Source: Candidatus Amesbacteria bacterium RIFCSPLOWO2_01_FULL_48_25
Lineage (GTDB): Bacteria > Patescibacteriota > Microgenomatia > CAZETR01 > Amesbacteraceae
DNA: 47,106 nucleotides
Direction: 5' to 3'
Assembly (NCBI GenBank): GCA_001773695.1
Contig: MEXN01000003.1
Location: forward strand, 91,547 to 138,652
In this document: in pieces, positions 35,411 through 45,435 of the stretch
How the letters are laid out: every line of letters starts with the position of its first letter
Numbering within the stretch: the first letter of the stretch is position 1
The notes under the pieces: generated by a model
Databases searched by the model: none
What the model saw: only the letters and a program-made list of their open reading frames with translations
What the model was told of the DNA's origin: nothing
Program-made: the position numbers and the translations under genes

Positions 35411-37350
35411 GGCGAAAAATAAATAGTGATGTCTTCAAATACCGGCGTGGCCCCGGAACCGGTTGTGTTTAGAATGGCTTTGTAGCGGAAACACTGGCCG
35501 GGGTTTTCGTAACCGGAGCCATCGTCATCCAGAGGAATTGACCCGTCGGGGTTGGGATCGACATATATATAGGTAACGCCGGTGCAGCTGCCTGACACCG
35601 CATCTCCTACTGCGAATTGATAGGAAATAGTTGTGTCCGAAGGCAGGATGGCATTGGCTATATAACGGTTGAAAGCAGTAATTTGGGAATATCCAAGTGC
35701 TGCGGCATCGAAGATGGCTGATTCGAAAGTACCGGAAGTGGCATAGCCCCCTCCTGGTCCGCCTTCGATGATTTTGAGCTCAGCGCCGGAATCTCCAGTC
35801 ACTATATATGAATATGCCTTGCCGTTTCTAGAATCCACTATCGAGGCTACACCATTAACTCCTGAATCAAGGCCATGCAGAGGATCTGAGCCCCGGCCGC
35901 CGCAATAAACTGGAGAGCTTTCGGTGCTTATGTTTATGACCTGATACTCTTCGGCGTCATGACCGACAATTATGGCTTTGTTTCCGGTAACTAAGGTTAC
36001 TCCTTTGGGATCCATGCCGCTGGTGTCATATGTACCACCCGAGACAAGAGGTTGGGCACCATCTTTTGAAGTAACGTCGATAATGAAAAACTCGGGTTGG
36101 GTAACTGAAGCTGATGTGACTAGGTATGCCCGGGTTTGAGAGTCGTTGATATAAACATCCCGACCATCAGTGCCCGCGACATCGGCCCAGCCTACAACTG
36201 ATGGTGAAGTTGGTGGGTCAATATTGATAATTTCCAACTCACGGCTGGAGTTTCCTGAGATGGTAACGTAGGCATAGCTACCAGAAACCATCATTTTTCC
36301 GGCCGTGCCTGACAATGCAACCGATCCAAGTTGGTTGCGTGAACCGGTGTGACTAGACAAATCGAGAGTGTAAAATGTACTGCCGGCGGTCATGTAACCG
36401 GTTGCCCCGTTGACGTAGACGCTATTGGCGTCGCTTGGACCGGATGAATCAAAATTTCCTGATTCAGAGTAAGGACTGGTAGAAAGATCAATAATGACGA
36501 TCTCTTTTTGGTTGTTGTCCGTAGCCAAGTAGGCATAGTTGGTCTCGCCGAAAATATCATTGGTTTTCAGTTGGGGATTTTGGGCAAACGTCCCAACTAT
36601 TGATGTCTGGGTGGGGTCTACTGGAATGTCGATGTTAACAAATGAAACTCCTGAGGCATTGGCTCCTGTCCCGGCAAAGGCCTGGCCTTCAATTGCGGTG
36701 ATATCTGTGGGAACGCCGTTGCCGGAGAAATCTTTTGAGGCTACCGGGTTAGTGGGAGAGCACCAGTCGCCGCCGCCGCCGCCAGCTAGAGTTACCGCTC
36801 CCCCGCCATCGTTGGTAACTGTCGTGCCCACAGGCTCACCGGCTAAAAACTGCTCTTCGGTAGTTTCTGTATAAGCCAGGTTTTCTAATCTGGTGAAATA
36901 CATGGTCGATAAGATCGACGAAGCTAGGGGAGTGCCCCAACTGACGGTGATATCTACTTTTTTGGTCGAGGGATCGGGAGTGCCACCGGATGCGACAATA
37001 TCGTTGTTGGCATCCCGCTGGGCGTCGCTTATGACCATGACCCGAGTAAAGCCATTTATGAGCTGTGATCCCGAGGCCAATGTCCAACTATTGCCGGTGC
37101 CGTCTAAAACCGGATGATAAGGGCCGGTAACTGCCATATTAATCCAACCTTTTTCTCTTATTACTCGCAAGGCTTCGGCGGCTTCCCGGGCCAGTTCCGT
37201 AGCTTCGGACCGTTGGGCTAGCTGGGCCCGGCCTTCGCGGGAAGCCACTAATCCTGTTATTAAGGCCGGCAGAAGAACGGCGGTTAAACCGACGGCGGTA
37301 AGAACCTCTATTAGGGATTGCCCTTTAGTCAACTTGAGTGACCACCCCAT
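35407..37350 (-). CDS. Large pilin-like protein with LVIVD-like beta-propeller repeats
   Basis: KG|QSLIEVL, then repeated YAY..., IVIIDLS, LEIINID, FFIIDVT units. Start uncertain (ATG 37350 or TTG 37332). Confidence 0.8.
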   Translation of the reverse strand: MGWSLKLTKGQSLIEVLTAVGLTAVLLPALITGLVASREGRAQLAQRSEATELAREAAEALRVIREKGWINMAVTGPYHPVLDGTGNSWTLASGSQLINGFTRVMVISDAQRDANNDIVASGGTPDPSTKKVDITVSWGTPLASSILSTMYFTRLENLAYTETTEEQFLAGEPVGTTVTNDGGGAVTLAGGGGGDWCSPTNPVASKDFSGNGVPTDITAIEGQAFAGTGANASGVSFVNIDIPVDPTQTSIVGTFAQNPQLKTNDIFGETNYAYLATDNNQKEIVIIDLSTSPYSESGNFDSSGPSDANSVYVNGATGYMTAGSTFYTLDLSSHTGSRNQLGSVALSGTAGKMMVSGSYAYVTISGNSSRELEIINIDPPTSPSVVGWADVAGTDGRDVYINDSQTRAYLVTSASVTQPEFFIIDVTSKDGAQPLVSGGTYDTSGMDPKGVTLVTGNKAIIVGHDAEEYQVINISTESSPVYCGGRGSDPLHGLDSGVNGVASIVDSRNGKAYSYIVTGDSGAELKIIEGGPGGGYATSGTFESAIFDAAALGYSQITAFNRYIANAILPSDTTISYQFAVGDAVSGSCTGVTYIYVDPNPDGSIPLDDDGSGYENPGQCFRYKAILNTTGSGATPVFEDITIYFSP

Positions 37351-37777
37351 GGGGGTTGAAATTGAGAGTGTGAATAAGTGAACCGTCCGCATGGCCTAAA
37401 ACCAGAGCCCCTGGTGGGGCGTCCCCGCTTCCCGCTTGAAAGACGAGTGGATTGGGAACGGAAACGGCGGAAAATTGCAGGGTGCTTTCCAAATCCACTT
37501 GGGAGTTGGCAGGGTCCCCGGGCGTGTATGACGAGCCGGAAAACAAGTAGTAGGAGCCAGTCTCGAAATAGACGCCAAAATCCCCGCCCCCGTTTTCCCC
37601 AGTCATGGCCTTTAACTGCTGGTGGCGCAAATCAGCGACAACTTGAGTAAGAGTCACTTCCAAAGAAGAGCTGCGTTGAGGCCTTAAGAGATTAATGCTG
37701 GAAAAAACAAAAAGCGAGGCCAGAAGGCCCATGATGATAATCAACTCCATGAGCGTGAATCCCCTGCTTCTCTGCAT
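37325..37777 (-). CDS. Minor pilin (FimT/GspH-like)
   Basis: RG|FTLMELIIIMGL. Confidence 0.85.
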   Translation of the reverse strand: MQRSRGFTLMELIIIMGLLASLFVFSSINLLRPQRSSSLEVTLTQVVADLRHQQLKAMTGENGGGDFGVYFETGSYYLFSGSSYTPGDPANSQVDLESTLQFSAVSVPNPLVFQAGSGDAPPGALVLGHADGSLIHTLNFNPHGVVTQVD

Positions 37778-37779
37778 AT

Positions 37780-38835
37780 TTACCGGACTCCAACTTTACC
37801 AATAAGGCCATAAATTGGTCCGATGATGGCCAACATCATAGCACCGACGCTAATGCCAACGATGACCAACATGACTGGTTCCATGACGGCGGTTAAAGTT
37901 TTTAGGGCGTTGGTCACCTGATAGTCCAGGTAGATGGAAATATCCTGCATGGATTTGTCCAGGGTGCCACTTTTTTCCCCGGCTTCGACGAGCTTAATCA
38001 GAATTGAAGGGATTTTAACTTTGGAAGAGCGGAAGCCTTCGGACAAGCGTTTACCGGCGGCTACCATTTCCCGACTTTTGGAAATCAAAAGTACGGACTG
38101 TTTTTTAATTACTACGTCCTGGCAAAGTTCCAGGGCCGAGGTAATGGGCACGCCCGAACTTAACAGGAGATGCATGCCCCGGGAAAACCTGGCTAAATCT
38201 ATCTGACGAACCAGGCCGGAAATTAGGGGCCAGGAGAAAAAGAAATTGATAAATAACGAGCGATTGGTCTTGTAGATCAGGAACATCAGGGCAACAATTG
38301 CCGCCGTTCCCCCGACCAGATACCAAGTCTGGTGAACAATAATATCGGAGGCCCAAACCATGATGCGGGTGGGAAGGGGTAATTCCATACGTAACCTCGA
38401 AAAGACTGAAGAAATTTTGGGGACGACAAAAATAAGAATTGAAAAAAGGACGAGGAAAAAAACGATCATGATCAGGCTGGGGTAAATCATGGCAAATTTG
38501 ACCTTGTCCGAAAACTCAACTTCTTTTTGGACATGATCGCGCAGATCCTTGAGAGTGGTTTCCAGGGTGCCCGCCTCTTCGGCAGCCTTGACTAGGTTTA
38601 CCGTCACTTTGTCGAAAGCCCGGGGAAAAAGGGCAAATGTGGTAGACAAACGCTTACCCTGTTGAAGATCCCTTCTTATGGTATCGAGAATCTTTCTTTG
38701 ATGGCCTTTGGTATCCTCGGCTATCGAGTCGATGGCGTCCAGAATCGGAATTCCGGCCGTGAGCATGGTGCACAAATTGCTTAAGAAGCTTATCTTTTCC
38801 GAATCGGAGAGTGAGACAGAAGAGAGCGAACTCAT
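37780..38835 (-). CDS. pilC: Type IV pilus platform protein PilC/GspF
   Basis: Two T2SSF repeats (AGIPILDAI, AEEAGTL, YP, GEKSGTL, MEP). Confidence 0.93.
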   Translation of the reverse strand: MSSLSSVSLSDSEKISFLSNLCTMLTAGIPILDAIDSIAEDTKGHQRKILDTIRRDLQQGKRLSTTFALFPRAFDKVTVNLVKAAEEAGTLETTLKDLRDHVQKEVEFSDKVKFAMIYPSLIMIVFFLVLFSILIFVVPKISSVFSRLRMELPLPTRIMVWASDIIVHQTWYLVGGTAAIVALMFLIYKTNRSLFINFFFSWPLISGLVRQIDLARFSRGMHLLLSSGVPITSALELCQDVVIKKQSVLLISKSREMVAAGKRLSEGFRSSKVKIPSILIKLVEAGEKSGTLDKSMQDISIYLDYQVTNALKTLTAVMEPVMLVIVGISVGAMMLAIIGPIYGLIGKVGVR

Positions 38836-38848
38836 GATTTTTGAAGGC

Positions 38849-40543
38849 TTAACTTAAAAATTCCGACTTAGTGACACGTAAAATTTCCTCGATGGTAGTT
38901 TCACCGCGGGCAACTTTTTCCAAGCCATCTTCCAGCATGGTTTTCATACCTTCGGCTACCGCGGCTTTGAGAATCACGTCTGAGTCGGATTTTTGGATGA
39001 TGAGTTTTCTAATATTTTTATTGACTTCAAGAACTTCAAAAACACCGATGCGGCCGGAATAGCCGGATTGGTGGCAAAGTTTGCAACCTTGACCCTGGTA
39101 AATGGTAGTTTTGGCATTGGTGCCAAATGATTTTTTGACCACGTCGGCGGGAAAATTTTTGGTCATCTCGGCATAAGACACCTCGACCGGGATCTTGCAC
39201 TGTTGGCAAACCTGGCGGACGAGGCGCTGGGCGACGATGACCGAAACCGTGGAAGCTACCAAATAAGGCTCTACCTTCATGTCCGAAAGGCGGGGGATGG
39301 CTGTCGCTGCGTCGTTGGTGTGAAGTGTGGAGAGGACCAAGTGGCCGGTAAGAGCGGCGTTGACAGCGATGGCGGCTGTCTCGCTATCTCTAATTTCGCC
39401 AACAAAAATGATGTTGGGGTCTTGGCGCAAGATCGAGCGAAGACCGTTGGCAAAAGTGAGATTGGTTTTGACGTTGACTTGGATTTGATTGGCGCCGGCG
39501 ATTCTGTATTCCACCGGGTCTTCGACTGTGGTTATATTTTTCTCCCGGGTGTTTAAGATCTTGAGAATTGAATAGATCGAGGTAGTCTTGCCCGAACCAG
39601 TAGGGCCGGTGGATAGAACCATGCCGTAGGATTTGGTGTAGGCATTTGAGACTTTTTTGAGGTCTGCTTCGTTCATGCCTAAACTGGCGAAGGTGTATTC
39701 ACGGGATCGGGAGGAGAGCAGTCGCAGAACGGCTTTTTCTCCATCCACTACGGGAACGATGGAAACGCGGATATCCAAGTTTTCTTCTTCCAGTTTGGCG
39801 CGCATTTTGCCATCCTGAGCTGACAAGTGCTCATCGGTACGCAAGCTGGAGAGAACTTTGATGCGGGTGGTGATGCGATCGTGGAGATACTTGGGAATGG
39901 ATAGGACATCTGTCAGAATCCCGTCGATTCTTAGGCGGACTAGGCTTCTGTTTTCCTGGGGTTCGATGTGGATATCTGAGGCGCGTTGTTGGTAAGCCGT
40001 ATCTATGAGGGCGTCGACAATTTTGGCTACCGGAGGGTCTTCCAGAGTGGTGGTGGTTCCCCAAACGTCTGCTTTCAAAAGGTCGTCAACCAATTTTTGC
40101 AAGTCTTTTTTGAAAGAGCGCAGAAGGTGGGTTATATCGGCGTCAGTGGCGTAGTAGATAGCAATTTTTGGCAGGCCGGTTTTCTTGCGCAAAATATCAA
40201 AAATTTCCGGTTGGGTAGGGTCTGAGGTAGCAACTTTTAAAGTGTCTTTCTCTCGGGCGAAAGCGACAACTTTGTGTTTTCTGGCTACTCTTTCGGGAAT
40301 AAGGCCGGAAACTGATTCGGGGATGACCGTCTTCCCCAGGTCGACCATGGGAACTTTGAGGGCTCCGGATACCAGGGCCCCTAACTTATCGTCCGTGGCC
40401 AAGCCTTTTTCCAACAAAGCTTCATAAAGGTTGAGGCCGGAGTTAATGGCAAATTGCTCCGCTTCCGGAATAACCTTTGGGTCGACCAAGCCGGATTTTA
40501 AAAGCATGGCCTTGAATTGTTCGGGGGGCAGGGGCAGAAACAT
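38849..40543 (-). CDS. pilB: Type IV pilus assembly ATPase PilB/GspE
   Basis: ASDIHIEP, GPTGSGKT, EDPVE, LRQDP, GEIRD, TGHLVLSTLH, CxxC...CxxC. Confidence 0.95.
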   Translation of the reverse strand: MFLPLPPEQFKAMLLKSGLVDPKVIPEAEQFAINSGLNLYEALLEKGLATDDKLGALVSGALKVPMVDLGKTVIPESVSGLIPERVARKHKVVAFAREKDTLKVATSDPTQPEIFDILRKKTGLPKIAIYYATDADITHLLRSFKKDLQKLVDDLLKADVWGTTTTLEDPPVAKIVDALIDTAYQQRASDIHIEPQENRSLVRLRIDGILTDVLSIPKYLHDRITTRIKVLSSLRTDEHLSAQDGKMRAKLEEENLDIRVSIVPVVDGEKAVLRLLSSRSREYTFASLGMNEADLKKVSNAYTKSYGMVLSTGPTGSGKTTSIYSILKILNTREKNITTVEDPVEYRIAGANQIQVNVKTNLTFANGLRSILRQDPNIIFVGEIRDSETAAIAVNAALTGHLVLSTLHTNDAATAIPRLSDMKVEPYLVASTVSVIVAQRLVRQVCQQCKIPVEVSYAEMTKNFPADVVKKSFGTNAKTTIYQGQGCKLCHQSGYSGRIGVFEVLEVNKNIRKLIIQKSDSDVILKAAVAEGMKTMLEDGLEKVARGETTIEEILRVTKSEFLS

Positions 40544-40586
40544 ACCTACTTACTAATATACCAATTCTCAATATTCAATGTCCAAT

Positions 40587-41021
40587 TTATTTGCCCACAG
40601 AGACGAGTTTGGCGACGAAGATGATTTGCTTGACCTGGCCTGTCGGTGTCTCGATACTGGTTTGGCCGGTCTTGGCGTAATCGTTGAGGTAGTCGGAAAG
40701 AGTGGAATTTAGATCCTTGATGCTGGTTTTAAGGTCGGCGATTTTTTGGATTAAGTCCGCGACTGGGGGCTGTTTTTGAATTTGCTGTTTGGTTTGAGTT
40801 TTCGTTTTTTGAGCCTCTTTGGCGGCGGCTTCGTGAGCCTTATACGTAGGATCGCTGTCGTACATGGACTGGAGCATGTCTTTGAGTTTGTCCAAGCTTT
40901 CTTTCTGGCGGTCGATTTGGGCCAAGTGATTATTTATGGTGCCGGATAAATCCAAAAACGAGTCGGAGTTGGGACTATCGGTCACTATTTCTCCTTCAAC
41001 TATTTTGTCATCTTCATCCAT
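40587..41021 (-). CDS. Hypothetical coiled-coil protein
   Basis: 144-aa ORF, heptad-rich. Confidence 0.75.
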   Translation of the reverse strand: MDEDDKIVEGEIVTDSPNSDSFLDLSGTINNHLAQIDRQKESLDKLKDMLQSMYDSDPTYKAHEAAAKEAQKTKTQTKQQIQKQPPVADLIQKIADLKTSIKDLNSTLSDYLNDYAKTGQTSIETPTGQVKQIIFVAKLVSVGK

Positions 41022-41107
41022 ACCGGATTAAGTTAGCGGAAGTGCAACCCAAGTGCAAGAAGGAAAAGGGCAGAAAACTCTAAAAATTGTTACAATAAGG
41101 CCAAAAT

Positions 41108-41830
41108 ATGAACATTGTGGAGCGTGGGGTGTGTTTGGACGATATCCGTAGACGACTCGAAACGGCCGGCGTTGATTGTCGAGTCGTCGGAAGCTTGGCT
41201 GTTGCAGCCTACCTTGGTGATGGGTACAAAGTCAAAATTAGGGATGTGGATATTCTGGCCCTAACGAACAACTTGGGGCTTATCTGTGAACTTCAGTCAA
41301 GATTTGACGATGAGTATATGGGCTCAAAGGGTAAAAAAATTCGCGTAGATCTCGGTGCCGTTATCAAGTCAGATGGAGAAATTCATAGAATCGACCGGGT
41401 AAAAATCCTGCCGCAGCTATTGGCAAATATTGGCCGGGACGATTCTGGTTACTTTCTTTACTGCAATCACCTAACGCTGCCAATTAAAGATGAGATTATG
41501 AAGCCTGTTAATCAATGTTTTGGAGAAGAAAAGTTCATAACCGTACCCCCAGAGACATTGTTACACCTTTATTTTACCAGAGGCGGTTCATTAAAGCCTA
41601 AGGATTTAAAAAAGATAAAAGATCTGGCTCGATATACCAAACGACATCCTACACCGGGCCTGGTTCATGAAGACTATGAAATTTTCCATGAATTCGCCAA
41701 AAAAATGAGGCGTGATTACCCTTTACAAAATTTATTTTTCAGAATTTTGACGTTGATTGACCACATCTCTCAAGGAGCGATAAGTACGAATTATAATGTC
41801 GCAAGAGTAGTGAGAAGTGTGGGGAGGTAA
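41108..41830 (+). CDS. Putative nucleotidyltransferase-fold protein
   Basis: VVGSLA...RDVDIL (GS + DxD) motif. Confidence 0.6.
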   Translation: MNIVERGVCLDDIRRRLETAGVDCRVVGSLAVAAYLGDGYKVKIRDVDILALTNNLGLICELQSRFDDEYMGSKGKKIRVDLGAVIKSDGEIHRIDRVKILPQLLANIGRDDSGYFLYCNHLTLPIKDEIMKPVNQCFGEEKFITVPPETLLHLYFTRGGSLKPKDLKKIKDLARYTKRHPTPGLVHEDYEIFHEFAKKMRRDYPLQNLFFRILTLIDHISQGAISTNYNVARVVRSVGR

Positions 41831-41852
41831 TTTCTATCTTTAGAATCTGGTT

Positions 41853-42797
41853 TCATTTCTTGGCAAATATTATGGCGTTGGGGAGGTCGCGGCCGGGGCC
41901 GACCACATAGCGGCCGCTATTGTACAAAGCTGCCGAGCCGCCGGTATCCAGATTTAAGGCTCCGGTGGCCCCAAGAGATTTGAAAACATGGGCAAACTGC
42001 TGCATGTTTACTCCATAGGCTACTACAACCATAATATTATTGGGGTTTCTGGTACCGATACCGACTTTAGTGTTGACAGTCTTTTGTTTGTCCGACAGGC
42101 CGGATTGATTGTCATCGATTTGGACGTTGCCGCCGTCTACCAGGCCGGGATAGTTGATAATGGCGGAGTCAGGAGAACCCGGGTACTGGGTGGAGTTTTG
42201 GCGATACTGGATACCGCTCCCATCCGCGAAAATAAGCGCGCGGCCGCCCCAGCCTAAATTTCCTCCATTGATCCACTTGTGTAACCGGGAATTGAAAACC
42301 GGGAAGTCGAAGGAATTGGATTTGGAGGCGCATTCCGGATAAGTGGCGGGGCAAAAATAAGTGCCGTTGACTCCGGCGTACCCTGAGTTTCTGGAGACAA
42401 AGTTCACAAGCGACAGTACGGCGCAATTGGTGGGGCAATTGTCATCGTTTGCAATATCAGTGATCATTTTGGAAGTAGTCATGTCGATAGATAAAACGGT
42501 GGCTTTGAAACTGCCGATGGACGTCGATACAGTCACTGTTGAAAGGCCGGTTCCGGGAGGACCTATGAGGGCTGGAACCGGAATAGCGGTTGGCTTGGGA
42601 GTGACTATGGGCTTGGGAGTTGGGACAGATGTGGGGATAGGAGTAGGTGTCGTGGTTGGAGTAGGAGATAAAACGATTGTAGGAGCTGGCGATGGAGAGA
42701 CTTGCGAAAGCTTTGAAATTTGAGTGGCGGATTTGGCAGCGGTGAACAGGCCGGACAAGAGGATGATAATGGCGGCAAAGACTTTAGCTAAAATCAT
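41853..42797 (-). CDS. Phosphodiester glycosidase (NAGPA-like) family secreted protein
   Basis: Signal peptide, P/T linker, AGVNGTYF, ALNLDTGGS, R.LPNAI. Confidence 0.8.
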   Translation of the reverse strand: MILAKVFAAIIILLSGLFTAAKSATQISKLSQVSPSPAPTIVLSPTPTTTPTPIPTSVPTPKPIVTPKPTAIPVPALIGPPGTGLSTVTVSTSIGSFKATVLSIDMTTSKMITDIANDDNCPTNCAVLSLVNFVSRNSGYAGVNGTYFCPATYPECASKSNSFDFPVFNSRLHKWINGGNLGWGGRALIFADGSGIQYRQNSTQYPGSPDSAIINYPGLVDGGNVQIDDNQSGLSDKQKTVNTKVGIGTRNPNNIMVVVAYGVNMQQFAHVFKSLGATGALNLDTGGSAALYNSGRYVVGPGRDLPNAIIFAKK

Positions 42798-43275
42798 GAA
42801 GAAAATTGCCGAGCAACACCCCACTTATGGCTACTGCACCGCCTAAAAGTAACATGCGGACCCCCTGGCGGAGTGGAGGAATTTTAGCTAAATAAGCATT
42901 GAATGTCCCTAACAAAAACAAAGCGGTGATAGAAAGGATTATCGACATCCAAAGGGCCTGGAACGGTGGAAAAAAAACATAGGGCGCGAGAGGGATGAGA
43001 CCGGACAGTAAATAGGAAAAGAACATGATTACTGCCCCGGATATGGATTGGCGGGAAGGAACGTCTTGATGGTGGGCGAGCTGGCGGACGGACATTTCTG
43101 ACAAAAAGCTGCCGATGCCCATGGAAAGCGCCTCGGTGATAATTAAAAGCAGGCCGGTGATAATAATAGCTTGGCTATTGACCTGGGCGCTGGCTACACC
43201 GGACAATAGACCGACTGTGGAGGCCAAACTGTCTTCCACACCGAAAGTGAAGTTGCGGATGGAGGAGGTGTTCAT
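42784..43275 (-). CDS. VIT1/CCC1 family Fe/Mn transporter (short form)
   Basis: FGVEDSL, ALSMGIGSFLSE, SYLLSGLIPLAPY. Confidence 0.88.
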   Translation of the reverse strand: MNTSSIRNFTFGVEDSLASTVGLLSGVASAQVNSQAIIITGLLLIITEALSMGIGSFLSEMSVRQLAHHQDVPSRQSISGAVIMFFSYLLSGLIPLAPYVFFPPFQALWMSIILSITALFLLGTFNAYLAKIPPLRQGVRMLLLGGAVAISGVLLGNFLHDFS

Positions 43276-43299
43276 GTTTAATTAGTGTATCATTTTCTA

Positions 43300-43812
43300 A
43301 TGCCTGTCTGGAATGTGGACCTGGTTATTACCCAAGCAGTGCAGGCCTGGGTGCCGGTGGGAGTGGATACGGCGTTATCGGTATTTAGCCTTTTGGGTAG
43401 CTTTGAAATAATAACTCTGGTTTTGGCGATTTGGGTGGGAAAGAGAGAAGGCTTACGAAAAGTTATTTTGGTTGTGGCGATTTTTGCCCTGGGGATGGGA
43501 GTAGAAATAGCCGGAAAAATGTTTATTCCCCATCCGGGGCCGACGAGAGAGTTCCACCGATACCGTCTGCCGTTTGTTTTCCCCAGTTCGGAATTTTCTA
43601 CCGGAAATTCTTTCCCGTCTGGACACAGTTTCAGAACCGTGTTTTTAACCGTGATTGCCCTAGGCTACGTGGGAAAAAATCAGAGATTAAAATTGGCATG
43701 GATAGCATTTGCGGCAATCATGCTAGTCTCGCGGGTTTCCTTGGGCGAGCACTGGGCTAGTGATGTGGTGGGGGGAAGTTTATTGGGATGGGGAATGGCA
43801 AGAATTGCTTAG
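43300..43812 (+). CDS. PAP2 family phosphatase
   Basis: SFPSGH, SRVSLGEHWASDV; motif 1 is a KxxxxHPGP variant. Confidence 0.85.
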   Translation: MPVWNVDLVITQAVQAWVPVGVDTALSVFSLLGSFEIITLVLAIWVGKREGLRKVILVVAIFALGMGVEIAGKMFIPHPGPTREFHRYRLPFVFPSSEFSTGNSFPSGHSFRTVFLTVIALGYVGKNQRLKLAWIAFAAIMLVSRVSLGEHWASDVVGGSLLGWGMARIA

Positions 43813-45425
43813 CCGAAGGTGAAGGCGTAAAGCTCAAGGTTTGAATCTAGAAACTCCAGTCTAAGTGTATGTTTGCCGGGTTGGGAAAGCTTGATTAATT
43901 CATAAAGTTTGTCTGAGTCGACGATGATTGAAGATTGGAATTGTTCGTCGAGATAGACTTTGACTTGGCCCGGGGAAGTTTTGGCGGGGCGCATGACCAG
44001 AAAGACATCTTTGGCTTCGAAATCAAGAGTCAGTGTGGCACTAGTTTTCGGGTTGGCGTACTGGGGTGAATAATTCCACTGACCGGAAGTGGTGAAGTAA
44101 CCGGGAACCCGGCGGGCACTCCCTAAGTAAAGTTCGGGGGTGCGGGCAGTAATTTGATAAGTAGGATTGGAAACGGGCATGTCTAGCGAGAGTAGTTGCT
44201 GGATAGCTTTTTCGGTAGTGTCGTACTCCCCTTCTCCAAAATGGGCATAACGAATATGGCCGGTTTTGTCGATTAAATACTTAGCCGGCCAGTAACGGTT
44301 GGAGTAAGCCCGCCAGGTGGCATAATCGTTGTCCTGCATGACTGGGTATTTGAGGCCGAAGTCGGAAACGGCTTTTTGGACATTAATAGGATTTTTTTCA
44401 AACTCAAACTCTGGTGTATGAACGCCGATGATAACCAATCCTTTTTCACTATACTTTTCATGCCACGACTTTAAATAGGGTAAAGTTCGTATGCAATTGA
44501 TGCAGGTATAGGTCCAAAAATCCACCAAAACAACTTTGCCCCGCAAATCCTGGATGCTCACCGCCTGCCTGCCGGCAGGCAGGTTAAACCATTCCCCGCC
44601 CGGAATTAATTCGGGGGCTGGGCTGTAGTCGGATAACTGTGAATCGGTGAATTCGTTCATCGGTCGGCCGATTTTATCCGTGGGCATGGGAGTGGTGCGT
44701 AGTTGGTCGAGCTGCCGTTTGACGCCTGGATTGTCCTCTAACTGGGTAAGACCGGCCCCATACTTCGGAAACACTTGCAAAACATAGGTTTGAAACTTCC
44801 GGTCGAGGTTGAAATAAATGGCAATTGCAGTCAGAATCATTAACACCCCGAAAGTTTTTTGGATGAAGCTTGAATACGGCTGGAGACGACCCAAAACTGA
44901 ACGGCCGGTGTAAATGACTATAAACATAGGAATGGCGGTGCCCAAAGAAAATGCCAGGGTAATAGCAAAAGCCGCCAGATTGACAGAACCGGTAAGGGCC
45001 AGGGAAATAACGGAGGCGAGAATGGGGCCAACACAGGGAGTCCACAAGAGGCCGAGACCGAGTCCAAGTATCAGACCCCCGGAGAATCCTTGGCCGCTTT
45101 TCGGGGAAAACTGCGATATCTTGGAAAATAATCTCTCGGTTAAGGCTTGAAGCCTGGGCAAAATTAGAGACAATCCAAGGGTGAACACGACAACAACGGA
45201 GACCAGGCGGAGGGAGTCAGCAGAGATGCCGGTGGCTTTGACAATAGTAGTCAAAAAGAGAGTGAAGATAGTGAAACTTAAAACAAAACCGGTGACGATG
45301 CCAAAAGGCCGACGCCGGCCTTCACCTACCGATCCAGCTAGAACTATCGGGAGAACGGGGAGGATGCAAGGGGATAGAATGGTGACGACGCCGGCTAAGA
45401 AGGCAAAAACAATCAGTAAAAGCAT
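43809..45425 (-). CDS. dipZ: DipZ-like CcdA/DsbD membrane domain + TlpA thioredoxin + C-terminal beta domain
   Basis: SPCILPVLP, WTPCVGPIL, DFWTYTCINC, GVHTPEF, TPELYLG, YAFTFG. Confidence 0.92.
   Translation of the reverse strand: MLLLIVFAFLAGVVTILSPCILPVLPIVLAGSVGEGRRRPFGIVTGFVLSFTIFTLFLTTIVKATGISADSLRLVSVVVVFTLGLSLILPRLQALTERLFSKISQFSPKSGQGFSGGLILGLGLGLLWTPCVGPILASVISLALTGSVNLAAFAITLAFSLGTAIPMFIVIYTGRSVLGRLQPYSSFIQKTFGVLMILTAIAIYFNLDRKFQTYVLQVFPKYGAGLTQLEDNPGVKRQLDQLRTTPMPTDKIGRPMNEFTDSQLSDYSPAPELIPGGEWFNLPAGRQAVSIQDLRGKVVLVDFWTYTCINCIRTLPYLKSWHEKYSEKGLVIIGVHTPEFEFEKNPINVQKAVSDFGLKYPVMQDNDYATWRAYSNRYWPAKYLIDKTGHIRYAHFGEGEYDTTEKAIQQLLSLDMPVSNPTYQITARTPELYLGSARRVPGYFTTSGQWNYSPQYANPKTSATLTLDFEAKDVFLVMRPAKTSPGQVKVYLDEQFQSSIIVDSDKLYELIKLSQPGKHTLRLEFLDSNLELYAFTFG
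44564..44583. repeat. Perfect 20-bp palindrome inside dipZ (encodes LPAGRQ)
   Basis: cctgcctgccggcaggcagg equals its own reverse complement. Confidence 0.9.
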
Positions 45426-45435
45426 TGTTTACCGG

